Part shown: positions 40,088-52,547 of the stretch, one piece after another | Layout: each line of letters opens with the position of its first letter | Position numbering within the stretch: position 1 is the first letter of the stretch | Assembly (NCBI GenBank): GCA_904063045.1 | Contig: CAJFCJ010000007.1 | Span: 1,929,404 to 1,993,403, forward strand | Source: Dimorphilus gyrociliatus | Lineage: Eukaryota > Animalia > Annelida | Direction: 5' to 3' | DNA length: 64,000 bases | Translations under genes and position numbers: made by a program | The notes under the pieces: generated by a model | Seen by the model: only the letters and a program-made list of their open reading frames with translations | The model's database searches: none | What the model was told of the DNA's origin: nothing

Positions 40088-41818
40088 TCAGGTCGGAGTA
40101 CTTGAAGTCGAAGATGAGCGTTCCAGAGAGGCCCTGTGTTCTAATAGCTGCTGCCAGTCGTTTTTACTTTGGATAAGTTCTCGATTTTTACGAGACTCGT
40201 AATGGAATTGAGGTGTCTTCAATTCGTACCTGTTGTTGAATGTTATAAAATTTATATATAAACTTTCAAAAATGGTTCTTTTACCATCTAATTAAAGGGC
40301 CTCGCATTCTCTCCAACTCCTCCTGTCTTTTTACTTGTAAAAGTTGAGCTTCCTCCATTCGTAATCTTTGCATTCGTAATTCAGCCAATTGCGCTTGGTA
40401 AGGCGACGACATTAGAGCGGCGGTTGCACCTGGCGGCAATCAAAAAGATTTGTATGCTTTAGTAGTAGAAAAAGTTTATTTAGTAGCCAACTAACTATTT
40501 GCAATCTTTATTTTTCGGGCGGCTCTCTTTTATATTGTATACAGGTAATTACGTTAGAAACTCTACACACGAATATGTTCTGACAGTCGCAATTCAATTA
40601 AAAATCCAATTGATTGCAACCAAAAAAGCGAACCTATAACACCAACACGCTGTTGTCACAGATCAATGAAAAATAGCCGACAAATTCAGATCAAAAAAAT
40701 CGCTGACAAATTTGGTTCAGCTATGAAAAACCTTATTCATTCACAAATGCTCATTCAGCTTATTGTTAATTGATAATTGATAAGCGTTATCTAGTTTATA
40801 GTGTAAAGATGTTAAAAGTCTCCTATAAAGCTCTAAAATTTACATTCTATATGCTTAAAAACAGTTTAATAGCTGCGTGACCCGAATACATTCGCGTAAT
40901 CTCTAAATATATTGCTTGAATGGAAGGCTTTAGCGCCAATCAAGCAGAACGATGGTCAAGCAGGCGCCGAGGATATGTTTGCAGAGCCGCCTAGAAAGTC
41001 AACTAAATATATTCAAACACGTCAATCAAAAATAAAAAAGGCTTCGAACCTGTTGTATATTGTGCGTCGACCGTAAGTAAGTGCATTCGATCTAGAGATG
41101 AGGCTTTTGAGGTGGATGACGAACTACTTTGAGCCGACCCTGGTCGACGCTTTCTGGTGGGAGGGGATGCATACGAGGTAGTTAGCTTTGACGACTCGAT
41201 AGCTCGTTTAACGTCATAAGCAGCACCAAGCGTGATTGGAAAAAATTCACGAGATAATGCGTCAATGGACATGTCGGACGCTTCAGTATTGGCTGGTGAC
41301 GTGATTCGCCCGTTGTTAAGTCTTATTGGAATGTCTTTACGTTCCAAACTTCTATGACCATTTACTAGGTAACCGTTTATCTGTTCAACGGGAAATGATA
41401 CGTTCTTCTTCATTCCGTCAAAATCAAAATCTGCATCGAGACCTGAATCGTCGGTTGCACCTTCTAAAGATTCCTGAATATTTGAGTACTGTGTTGATTG
41501 ATTAAGGCCGGTGGTTCGTCGGCTGTAAACAATGATTATTTCTTAGTATCGTTGATAGTTAAAAATGAACTTCAGAATAAAATCTAACATGTTTTGCGTC
41601 TCTAATTTTTGGCTTTCAAAACAGATATTCTGAGTATGCAATGTACAATTGATCGATGAAGAATTATTGAACATTAAGATTACATTTTACATTTGTTATT
41701 GCACAGTAGATGAGTTTTTGCTGATGATTTCTTCTAAATTAAGCTATAACATATCGATCACAGTTTTAACTCACCAAATAGCAGTTCGATGGGCATGCCG
41801 ACTAAAATCCTGTGACAT
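40088..41818 (-). CDS. Uncharacterised protein, multi-exon; Ser-rich middle and a coiled-coil-like C-terminus ending ELERMRGPLIRWYELKTPQFHYE
   Basis: Open exons at about 41522-41050, 40429-40285 and 40229-40088 with consistent splice phases (TG|G = Trp across a 55-nt intron). The first exon (ATG 41818) is tentative. Confidence 0.6.
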
Positions 41819-41846
41819 TTTGGCTGTCGTCCAGCTTCATTAGAAA

Positions 41847-41858
41847 CGCGCATGCGCA
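41847..41858. promoter_or_regulatory. NRF1-type motif CGCGCATGCGCA
   Basis: GCGCATGCGC core just upstream of the uncharacterised minus-strand gene. Confidence 0.5.
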
Positions 41859-42434
41859 TTAAACTTAAGAAAATGAATATGGACTAGAACTGCGAACAAT
41901 TACCCTAATGTCACCCATTCCTGACATGCCTTACATTTAAAATTTAGAAAGGCGAATTGTGGTTACCCATCAATAATATACCACACATACAATGTTTTAA
42001 AACAAATTATAAGGACTGTTTACTTTTTAAGTTTAATTTAAAAAAATATGCTCTCTTTTTGTATAAAACCAATAAGGAATGCAAAAATTTTGCCCCTTTT
42101 TAAGCCTAGTGTATAAAACGTTTATTGTTTTTTGTATTTGGGAACTGTACTCTCAAAATACTTAAAATAAGTGCGAAACTTATTTCGATTAATCGTGTAC
42201 ACTTTTCGATCTCCTGTCGATAAACGATATACAGAGTTAAATTTGTGTCATAATTCATGTGCTAACTTTAACAATAAATTGATTTGCGCAGCTTTTTAAA
42301 TAATGAAAAAATAATATTTTTTTACGATCACTAAAGAATATTTAATAACACTTTTTCGATTATAAGAAATAAACTGAATCGTTCAATTCGATATTATAAA
42401 CCGCGATTTAATGTCTACATTTTGAGGCGTGTTT

Positions 42435-42445
42435 TGCGCATGCGT
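42435..42445. promoter_or_regulatory. NRF1-like motif TGCGCATGCGT immediately upstream of CAPZA
   Basis: One-mismatch NRF1 core ending 6 bp before the ATG at 42452. Confidence 0.4.
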
Positions 42446-42451
42446 ATAAAA

Positions 42452-43797
42452 ATGGACCCGGTAGGATCATCAAATGAAAAAGTTAGTTAAATTTCCCTGA
42501 TTTGCTCTCTGTATTGAACTTCAATCAATGAATATATAGTATAATTTACATGTGTAAATCAGTTGGTATAGACTTTGCTTTAGAATAAAATGTAAAAGAC
42601 ACGAAAATTATATAAGAAAATATCTAACAGGAAATAGATGATCTGCAAAAATTTTATGATTGTTTAATTTTAAAAGACTTTTTTCCCAGTTAAGATTGTC
42701 TTTAATAGGTGTCACAATTTATTTCAGGGCAAAGCAGCCGGTGACTTGGTCTCTCTGGCTCCTCCAGGAGAATTAATGGAGGTGATGAATGGTGAATATT
42801 TTGGTGAAATTTTGCTGTTATAACCCTAAAACTTGTTGACTTTTTCCAGATATTAGAAACATGATTGGAAATGATAGTCTAGTAAAAAATCATATTGTGA
42901 AGTTAGTAATATCCGGCTATGATTCAGACATTTTACATAAGTTTTAACCTTTTCACCTTAGGGCGGCATTTGTGTACAGTATGGATCAGTATATACCATG
43001 TAAATTAGAAAATTGCGATGAGCAATGTTTAATAACTCAATATGCAAGAATTGGTGATAGATTTTATGATCCCAGATCAAAGCAGAGTTTTGTGTAAGTA
43101 GATAATATAAAGCATACTTTAGCATTTGTTAAGCAAAAAGTGACAATAGATTTTACTTTTTAAAATAGTTTTGATGCCTTGAAGAGCGAAGCTCGAGACT
43201 TTCAGCCATATGATGATTACGATAGAAATGCTGAACCATGGCGCCAAGCCCTTGAAAAGGAATATGAAAATATCAGGAATAATCATTATTCCGGAATAGG
43301 TAGTTTCTCAGTTTACGGTAGTACTGTAGAGGGAAAAATTAAGGTGGCTGCTTGCTTGGAGAGTCATCGATATAGCCCTAAGAATTATTGGAATGGCAGA
43401 TGGAGGACAGTGTGGTCTATGGAAATAGATAATGATATTTGTCTTGTACATGGACAACTTAAAGTTCAGGTCCACTACTTTGAAGACGGCAATGTCCAGC
43501 TGGTGACCACAAAAGAGTTTGAGGATAAAATAAAAGCTACAGTAATATCATTAACAATTTAATTTTACAAATAATCTACTTTTTGACTTTCAGACACCTG
43601 AAGAAACAGCGAAAGCGCTTTGCAATTTAGTTGTAGAAGCTGAAACTAAATATCAGACGGCGCTCTCTGAAAATTATAAAACAATGGGAGAAACAACTTT
43701 TAAAGCTCTACGCCGTCAATTGCCTGTAACTAGAACAAAAATTGAGTGGGAGAAAATTGTTGGTTACAAGATTGGAGCTGAATTAAAGAACCAATAA
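42452..43797 (+). CDS. CAPZA: F-actin capping protein alpha subunit, multi-exon
   Basis: [44 protein letters not shown] and [27 protein letters not shown]. Confidence 0.96.
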
Positions 43798-44124
43798 CTG
43801 TATCTGCTGACGGACTATTTTAAAAATATTTATATAAAACTATTTACATATACACGCACGTACAAAAAGCAACATTTTGTGTTATCAATATTCATGCCAT
43901 TCCAGATTCTGTAAATTTCCCTTGTCGCTCTATGGCTTTTACTATGCAATAAAATTCCGTTGAAGCATGTAGGAAATTCAACGGGATCAATTATCTCTTA
44001 TTTTGCATGTGATTTCTTTGATTTTTTTCTCAAAATAAATGGAAATTATATTTCAATAGTTTTTATAATATACAGTAGGTGGCACTGAAGCTTGTCTTTA
44101 ATAGGCGGTGTTAGTTAAGAAGAT

Positions 44125-44135
44125 AAGATGGCGGC
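44125..44135 (+). promoter_or_regulatory. YY1 consensus AAGATGGCGGC upstream of the TTLL gene
   Basis: Exact YY1 consensus. Related AAAATGGCG motifs occur near other gene starts at about 54893, 59429-59437 (minus strand) and about 61750. Confidence 0.45.
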
Positions 44136-44319
44136 CCTAGAAACGCAAGTAAACTGAAAGAGAAACTAAACCGGGTATTGAAAAAATAAGCCATTGCAAC
44201 TAAAAGATGAAGTAAAGATTACTAATTTCAAAATTGAGTGATTAGTAAATTGCTTAGTAATCGTTAATGATATTAAAAAAGCTTACGACAAATTCAAGAA
44301 ATTTAAATATTATTAAAGA

Positions 44320-47300
44320 TGAAGGCCTGTTTAATGAAAGTGAACTATGATCCAAGATATACATCATCAACATTTGAAGATAGATTTAGAATTACATCGG
44401 GTATCTATACTACCCCAGATAAAAAATCTACTAAGAAGATTAAAGAAAGAATTTCGGTCGACTTTAGCTCCAATGACAAAAGATTATCGGTAAGAAAGCT
44501 GTTCCTAATACAAAATATTTCAATTAAAGTAGAAATCTCAGCCAATAAATTTGTTTAAAATCTTAATGGAAATATATTTACTCTAAACAGCAGAAGGAAC
44601 AATTTCGAAGAAGCGAAGGATCCTTTAAAATAACATCATCAAAATCACCTGCCAGCGGAGTTCAGCTTGCTAGGATCCTCGAAGGTATTTATAATATGTT
44701 TTTCTATTTCGTAGTTTTCATCAGTTCGTTTTACATCATAAAAAAAATCTTCAATTAGACTATTGATAAATTTACGATTTTAAGAACTCAGTGTAAAAAA
44801 GAAGAAACAGAAGAAAAATGATAAATCTGGTTTGTACATTGATGTCATGATTATCAAACCAAAAAACAAAAAAAATATTAGAAATTAAATTCAGTGTTTG
44901 TTTGTCTTTAATTTTGTCGTTAATAATAATTTGGTTCACCGCCTATTAATCAGTGTCCCAAATTAATTTATCTTAATCATTTATCTTATGCAGTTTTTTT
45001 TTATAAAAACAAAAGAAAATTCATTGAAAATTAGGAGAGAGTGAGAGACAGAGAGAGAAAAAATATATTTATATCAATTTAAGCAACGTTGAATTTTTAG
45101 AATACTTTATTTTAGTCAACCAATTGCGTTTGCTGATTTTAGCTTGTTTATTGATTTGAAAGATTCGCTGAACCGTTGACACTTTTTTTGACAAATGAAT
45201 ATGTATGATAAAACGACAGAGTATATAGAAAGGTGAAAGAACGGGGAAATATGAAAAGAATATTAATAACTCTATTGTGTCTAAAAGTTTTTAATACGAG
45301 TGAGAATTGAAGCAAGTACTCCTTGCAGATAGTCCTTACAAAGACAACCTATTATCACCTAGAAATCGATCGAAAAGTTACTTTCAAATATTACATCATT
45401 CCGATAATCAATCGGCTCAACCAACTCGATACCATAACGGTTCGTGACTGGTAAAATTGAAATTAGAAAATTCTATATCTAATATTAGCTCTTTCAAATT
45501 ATTTTCAACATATTTTTGTACTTTAAAAAGCTATCTAGACCTTAAAGATAATAAATTTCCTGAAAGTCTTAAACAAACTGAAAACAATGCCTTTTTTCAT
45601 GATGAAAAATATCTTTAAAAGAACTTACTATTTCAATTTTTTTCCAATATAAAATTTCTGAAAAGTCATTTTATTTTATTAATAATTAATTTAAACTGTA
45701 TAACAGATAAAAAATGCTGTAGCACGCTTCCTAACATTTAATTCATTTCAAAATAACACATATGCTACTCTGTAGATAGTTAATGTTATCTGTTCATAAT
45801 ATATCAAAGAGCTTTTTAGTAATGGTTGTTATTTTAAATGTTTTTTTCTTTCAGAACATAATCAAACTATAACAAGAAGCTATACAATGCCCGAATATTG
45901 TAATCCTAGCAAAAACAAACTGAAGAAATCTGAATATTTGGAATTAGAAAGAAAAGCTAGAGTTGCTGCTGACAAAGCAATTAGAGTTGGTAGAAAATTT
46001 TTACAAAATAAATATTCAATGAGTTCCTATTTTCTTTTAGAACAAGAAAATTTTTCAAATTTTAGGACCTTATAATAGTTTAAGATTGGCCTTAAGAAGA
46101 AGAGGATGGGTAGAGAGATTTTCAAACATACCTGCAGCCGACAAAGAAAACGAGGATGTAACTGAAGGAGGTAGGATATGTTTATGGTTATTGTAAACTT
46201 GTAAATAAATTATCCATACTTGTAGATGATAAGAGAAAAGTGATCAAGCCTTGGCTAGAGGACAACGGAATATACGCCATTATGGTAACATATACTTAAT
46301 ACAAAATTACAATATTCACTTTTAGCAAGCTCGTTTAAGTAATAGACTAACCTTTAAGACTCAATAATAGCTATAAATTCACATAAAGCATGTATTCTAC
46401 CCAATAACAATATTTAACTATTGAATATAAAGCAAATAATTTTATTTAAAGCACGATAAATTCAGAAAGGCCAATAAATTAAATCATAAAACTGATATTA
46501 AGAATTCTTTGAAAATTCTCTTTTCATTTGTTTTTTTTTTTTACAGTCACACTGTGTTCGAAATTGTACACCAACGTTCCTTTTTAGTGTTAAAAGTCAG
46601 GATGTTGATACACGACTTATTAAATCTGGACAAGTTGTTAATCATTATGGTAAAGCAAAACATTTTACAACAAAGGTACTTAAGCTTTTGAAGTGAGCTC
46701 TATTGCATAATATTTAATGGTATATTTGCCGTAGGTTGGTCTATCCGTCAATATAAGAAATGTACCTTGGTATGAAAATGCCAATCCCAATCAATTTTTT
46801 CCTCGAAGTTATAAATTGGACGAAGCAGATGAAAGGGACTCATTTATAGGTTCTAACCAATTAACTCTTTTAAAATAGCCTTTTTCATACTAAATAACTA
46901 CCTCGATAACAGACGACTTTAGGTTAACTGCTTGTGTTAGCCTACTTAAACATTTTGTAAACAATCATAAAAATGATCTCACGAAAGACACTACGAAAAC
47001 TATATCTTTAAAATCCCTTGAAATGGCTATATCTCAATGTGAACTTTTTATTGCTGAAAGGCATCATGAGGATCTGGATAAGAAATCTAATGTTGGTTAT
47101 ATTAAAAAATATAGCTTTCATTTATTATTTAAAATATTCATTCATTCTTAGAAAAAGCTACAAGACGAGGAGTGGGATATACTATTAATGGACTCTTACA
47201 CATTAATACAGTAAGTGTTCATTTTAATAAAATGGTTTTCTATTATATTTTACTAATCTCAGTGAAGGAGCCAGAGTCACGAATGTTACGGAGAATATGC

Positions 47301-48339
47301 TTGATATTTGTAAAGAACTCATTAAAAAACTTCAACCTTTATTGCCCCAATACGACTTGGACGGGAATAGAAATGTTTGGATTTTGAAACCTGGAGCTAA
47401 ATCAAGGGGAAGGGGCATTTATTGTTTCGATAAGCTTCATGTCATTTTGCGTAGCTCCGAGGAAGCCGGCGAAGGGGCTATGCCTATTGTGCAAAAATAT
47501 ATAGGTTTGTATTTCGAATTATCTGCTTTCTTAATACAAGAGTGAACGTTTTATTCAGAGAGACCATTATTAATTCACAATCGCAAATTCGACATTCGAC
47601 AATGGTTCTTAGTGACCGACTGGAATCCCCTTACTTATTGGTTTTATAATGACTGTTACATCAGATTTTGCTCTGCGGATTATACACTTGCAGATTTTGA
47701 CAGGTGATAATTAGAACTCTTGAGATTTAATTGATTTTAATTATTTTTTATCCTTTATCAGATCAATTCACCTATCGAATAACATAATTCAGAAGGGATA
47801 CTCCAACAATAACGCCAAACTACCTGATGATCACATGTGGAGCAAAGATGAATTTATCGATTATCTTCGTAGTGAATCAAAAGAAGACCAATGGAAGAAA
47901 AAGATAGTACCTGCTATGAAATTAGCAATAAAATGCTCCCTCTTGTGTTCTCAAGAATTAGTTGAGAGTCGTAAACAAGCATTTGAGTTGTATGGTGCCG
48001 ATTTTATATTAACCGAAGATCTGCAGCCTTGGTTATTAGAAATTAATTCCAGTCCTACTATGGCAAAAAACACTAGAGTAACAAAGATTATGGTCGATAA
48101 TGTTTTAGAAGATACTCTTAAAGGTGATTAATTTTATCAAAATAGCTTATTATTTTTTTAAAAATTTGTTCATTTCAGTCGTATTGGATAGGAAAACAGA
48201 CAAATCCTGCAGCACTGGCCATTTTGAATTAGGCTTTCAACAGCAATCAATAAGTCAAGTTAATGCATCAACTGATTCTCACAGCTTATCAATTCAAGGA
48301 AGAAAAATCTTAAAACCAAAACCTGCTCTGAAGAGATAA
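44320..48339 (+). CDS. TTLL3: Tubulin monoglycylase, TTLL3/TTLL8 family, multi-exon
   Basis: [83 protein letters not shown] and [11 protein letters not shown]. The N-terminal exons at 44320-45440 are less certain; TTLL3 versus TTLL8 is not resolvable. Confidence 0.88.
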
Positions 48340-48821
48340 TTTCTTTTTAAAATTTTTTTATAGCTATATTACACTATGCAAAATTTAGCGATTCTGCAAT
48401 CTTACAACTAAATCAAATTTCTATCAATCAATCAGTCTCAAACACAAGAGATTATAAGCTAATTTCCTGTGCCAATACTTTTTCTGTAAATGATAATAAA
48501 TGATTATTAAGAATGCAATCTTAAAGTTAATTCCGAAACATTACTTTAGATAAATTTTTTACAAAAAGTAATGTCTGAAAAGAATTCACTGTTTTTAAAA
48601 AGTTATAGCAATATAAAGAATCAGAACTTTATAAATGAGTATTTATTATTGAAAAAGGGAAATAAGTTTAATTCATTAATCTAGTAATTTAACAGCGAGG
48701 TATAAAATGCTTACAAATATTGGTGTATTTCTTTTAAATTAACAATAACTTACTTACCTGTCCAACTATATAATCCAACAATAAAAAAAATACTCAGTTT
48801 TAAAATTTTGTAACAGTTTTC

Positions 48822-50316
48822 TTAGGAGGCATTGAATGTAAACTTTATTTTATCTCGCTTTGCATTTTTTCTATTAAGAATTAATTCCTGTTCAGCTCTT
48901 TGTCTAGCTCTCATTTCTTCATCTCGACGCTGACGTTCTTCTAATTCTTTTCGCTCTCTTTCCTGCTGCTCAAGCATTTGTTCTCTCTGCAGAGAATCGA
49001 AGTTTAAATTTATCTCGTAAAATTAATTTTACTCTTTAACAATTATTATTTACCATTTCTCTTTGTTGTTTCTCAATTTTCCGCTGATTTTCTTCCATAA
49101 TACGTTGCAATTTTTCCGCTTCTAACCGTTTTTCCTCCTGTAGAAATAGGTAATAATTATGTTTCTTTAAACAGAACGTTAAAAAGAAATCCACGACTCC
49201 TACCCAAATTTCCCAAATACCCACCCGCCCACAAAAAATCATTCTAAACATACAAAATACGCTTACACTTACAAATTGGCAAAAGAAAAATAAAACCTTC
49301 TTTCACCTTCCTTCGTCAAATTGTCCGGTCCTAGAGCGCGAAGAGATCCGATGGCCATTTCTTTTACAATACATTTAACACGTACTAATTTCGCCTAAAT
49401 TTTAACCTTTTTTAAAAATTGAACGTGTATGTATTCTTGTTTTTAGCATTCATTTGCCAAAAATTATTTCACGTATTATTAACAAGATAGAAAATGACGT
49501 CCATGTAATGTGGCTGAATAACAATACCGCTGGAAATGCGCCACACTATATGGTTGTCTCATTACAAATAATTTACCTCAAAAATACTAAAAAGGATTTC
49601 CTGAAAACAAACAACTCAGTTTTAAGAAACTATGAATCTTCGCCAAACTTCTATCGATGGGTTTAAGACAGTGTGTTGACACTAAGGAAGAGAACTTTAC
49701 CTCGCGTCTTCTACTTTCTTGTAATTCCTTTTCGCGTTGCCTTTGAATTTCCTCCATCATCTCACGTTCCATAATTTTTTTTGCTTCTTCCACGCGTCGT
49801 AATATTTCTATTTCGATTTCATCTTTTCTTTTTTCTAATTCTTCTTTGACACGCTTGGCCACTATTAATTCTACCCTTCGAGCAACCTCCTCTTCAATCA
49901 ATTGCTCTTCTATCTTGGCTTGTACCCTATCATGATTAAATTAATAAAATGCAAAATAAAAAAAGAGACAATACTTTTGTCTTTGCTTCTCTGTATCTAC
50001 ACGCTTCATATATTCTTCCTTTTTTCTCACTTTTTCAATTTTTCTGTCAACCTCTGTCTCACTTTCTGTAGCACTTGAACTGGTAGTATATTTTCTCTTC
50101 CTAAATCAGATGATGAATTTAAAAATGTATAAATTAGTAAATCATTGTTATTTACCTCTTCTGTCTTATTCTCCTAATCATTCGCTCCCTAGAAAATGAT
50201 TTATGTCGCCTTCTACGATTTTCTCGTGATCTGCTTCTTGAACGAGATTTTCTTTTTTTGTGTTTTTTATTTTTTAGCCGATTTTCCTCGGGACTTTTAC
50301 TCCTGGATCTGACCAT
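48822..50316 (-). CDS. ARGLU1: Arginine and glutamate-rich protein 1, multi-exon
   Basis: RS-rich N-terminus MVRSRSKSP...RSRSRSRE, then [44 protein letters not shown] and C-terminal [17 protein letters not shown]. Confidence 0.95.
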
Positions 50317-50441
50317 TTGAGAAATGTGGATGTTGACTTGTTGCAGAAGTTCTCTTATCGACTATGTTAAGTGGTAAACAACTGAAGAAACACGGAAGAC
50401 TAATGGTAAAGGCTTCCAAAATGTCGGCATAAGAACTTTAA

Positions 50442-50453
50442 TGCGCATGCGCA
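50442..50453. promoter_or_regulatory. NRF1-type palindrome TGCGCATGCGCA in the divergent ARGLU1/PSMD11 promoter
   Basis: Perfect palindrome centred in the 273-bp gap between ATGs at 50316 and 50590. Confidence 0.6.
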
Positions 50454-50589
50454 ACAGTTTTCACATATACAAGGAGATTTCCGTAAAACCCGTTAAAGAA
50501 GCTATATTTCAAGTATTACAAAAAAATCCAGTCTTTTGAGTAATAATATTTTACGCACTCTAAAGAACTTTATCAAACCGTGTTCTGTC

Positions 50590-52266
50590 ATGGCGACTTG
50601 TGACGTTCAACAGGCCATGAAGCTAAAATTAACAAGTAAACCGCAAGCCATTGAGGTTTTAGGAAAAATAGGTGATATTTTATTTATTATTTTTCTGACT
50701 TTTTATATCAAATAACTACCTTTTATAAATTGTTGCTATTCTCTTGAAAATAGCAAAATTTATATCCGGTTTCAATGATAACCAAATATCGCTCATGTAT
50801 ATATTTAGTTAAAAAAGACATCAATGAGAAAATTGAAGAGGAAGTAAAAAATAAAGAGCAAGCAATCTTGGAACTAGGAGAAATATTTGCTACAACTGGT
50901 CGAGCTGATGATTTAGCTGGATTAATCAAATTAACAAGACCTTTCCTACGATTAGTTAGTAAGGCTAAAGCTGCTAAGTTAGTGAGAACTTTAGTTGATA
51001 AGTTTTTGGATATGGATGCTGCAACTGGTAAAGAAGTATCTCTTTGTCAAGAATGCATAGAGTGGGCAAAGGAGGAAAAACGAACTTTTCTTCGGCAAGC
51101 TTTAGAGGTTGAGACTTTTCTTTTGACACTTGTCTTTTCTGTAATCTTGTATTATTCATAGGCTCGTCTGGTTGATCTATTCTATCGCTCAACTGAGTAT
51201 GAAAATGCGATAAATTTAAGTACTTCTCTTCTTAAAGAATTAAAAAAGTTGGATGACAAGGCTATGCTTGTTGAAGTGCAATTAGCTGAATCAAAAACCT
51301 ATCATGCTCTTAGTAACTTTGCAAAATCTCGAGCTGCTTTAACTTCTGCCAGGACAACCGCAAACGGTATTTACTGTCCGCCAAAACTGCAAGCCGATCT
51401 AGATGAACAATCTGGTATTGGATTTTATGAGCTGGAGTAAACAATCATAAATAATATTTTTTTTTTAAATTAGGTGTTTTACACGCAGCTGACGATAAAG
51501 ACTTTAAAACAGCCTTTTCATATTTTTACGAGGCCTTTGAAGGATATGATTCTATTGAGAGTCCTAGAGCAATCGTATCTCTAAAATATATGCTACTATC
51601 AAAGATTATGTTAAAGCAAGCTGAGGAAGTACAAGCAATGGTTAGTGGTAAACTTGGATTAAAGTATGAGGGACCTGAAATCGATGCAATGAAAAGTATT
51701 GCGGAAGCTGCTAAGAAACGTTCTCTAGCTGATTTTAAAAAGGTTGAAAATCCATTATTTCATGAAAACACATAATGAGGATTTTTCTATCTTTTGTTAA
51801 GACTGTAGATAAATATAAAAAACAATTAGAAGACGACAGGATCGTTCAACATCACTTATCTGCTCTCTATGACAAACTTTTAGAGCAAAATTTGTGCCGT
51901 CTAATCGAACCTTTCTCTCGTGTGCAAATTCAACACATATCAAGTTTAATTAAGCTTCCACAGGTTAACTTGAATTTAATGAAAGATTACTCTTTGATAA
52001 GATTAATTATATTTTCAGGACGTTGTTGAAAAGAAATTATCACAAATGATTCTGGACAAGACTTTTACAGGTAAACCAGGACATTTAAATTTATTATCAA
52101 TTATTCTGATAAACTGTTCACAGGAATCCTCGATCAAGGAGCTGGTGTGCTAATGGTATTTGATGAGAAACCAACCGATGATACTTATTGCAAATCCCTT
52201 GATACTATACAAAGCATGGGTAAAGTTGTTGATTCTTTGTATAATAAAGCGAAAAAGTTGTCATGA
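50590..52266 (+). CDS. PSMD11: 26S proteasome regulatory subunit RPN6, multi-exon
   Basis: [79 protein letters not shown] and [14 protein letters not shown]. Confidence 0.97.
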
Positions 52267-52547
52267 GATATCAATACCGTATAACTAATACATTTGTAAC
52301 ATTTAGCGTGGTACCTTTCAAATAGACGGAATCATATTTTATTTTATTTTTTATTTACTTTACTGGTAATAATAAAGAAAGTTTAAATATTTACAATTGG
52401 GCATGCAAAAATATTAGAATATTTAGAGTAAAAACTTAATGTCTTACGAAGACACTGTACATATCCCGCGAAATGTATTTACATCCGAAATTCTTTAAAA
52501 ACTATATCAATAATGAAAGATGGCTTTTCCAATGAGAACAATGAGAA

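Noticed and set aside
14076-52460. CAGTGN loops checked as possible iron-responsive elements (near 10432, 14076 and 52454)
   Set aside because: The flanks do not form the 5-bp upper stem with a C bulge.
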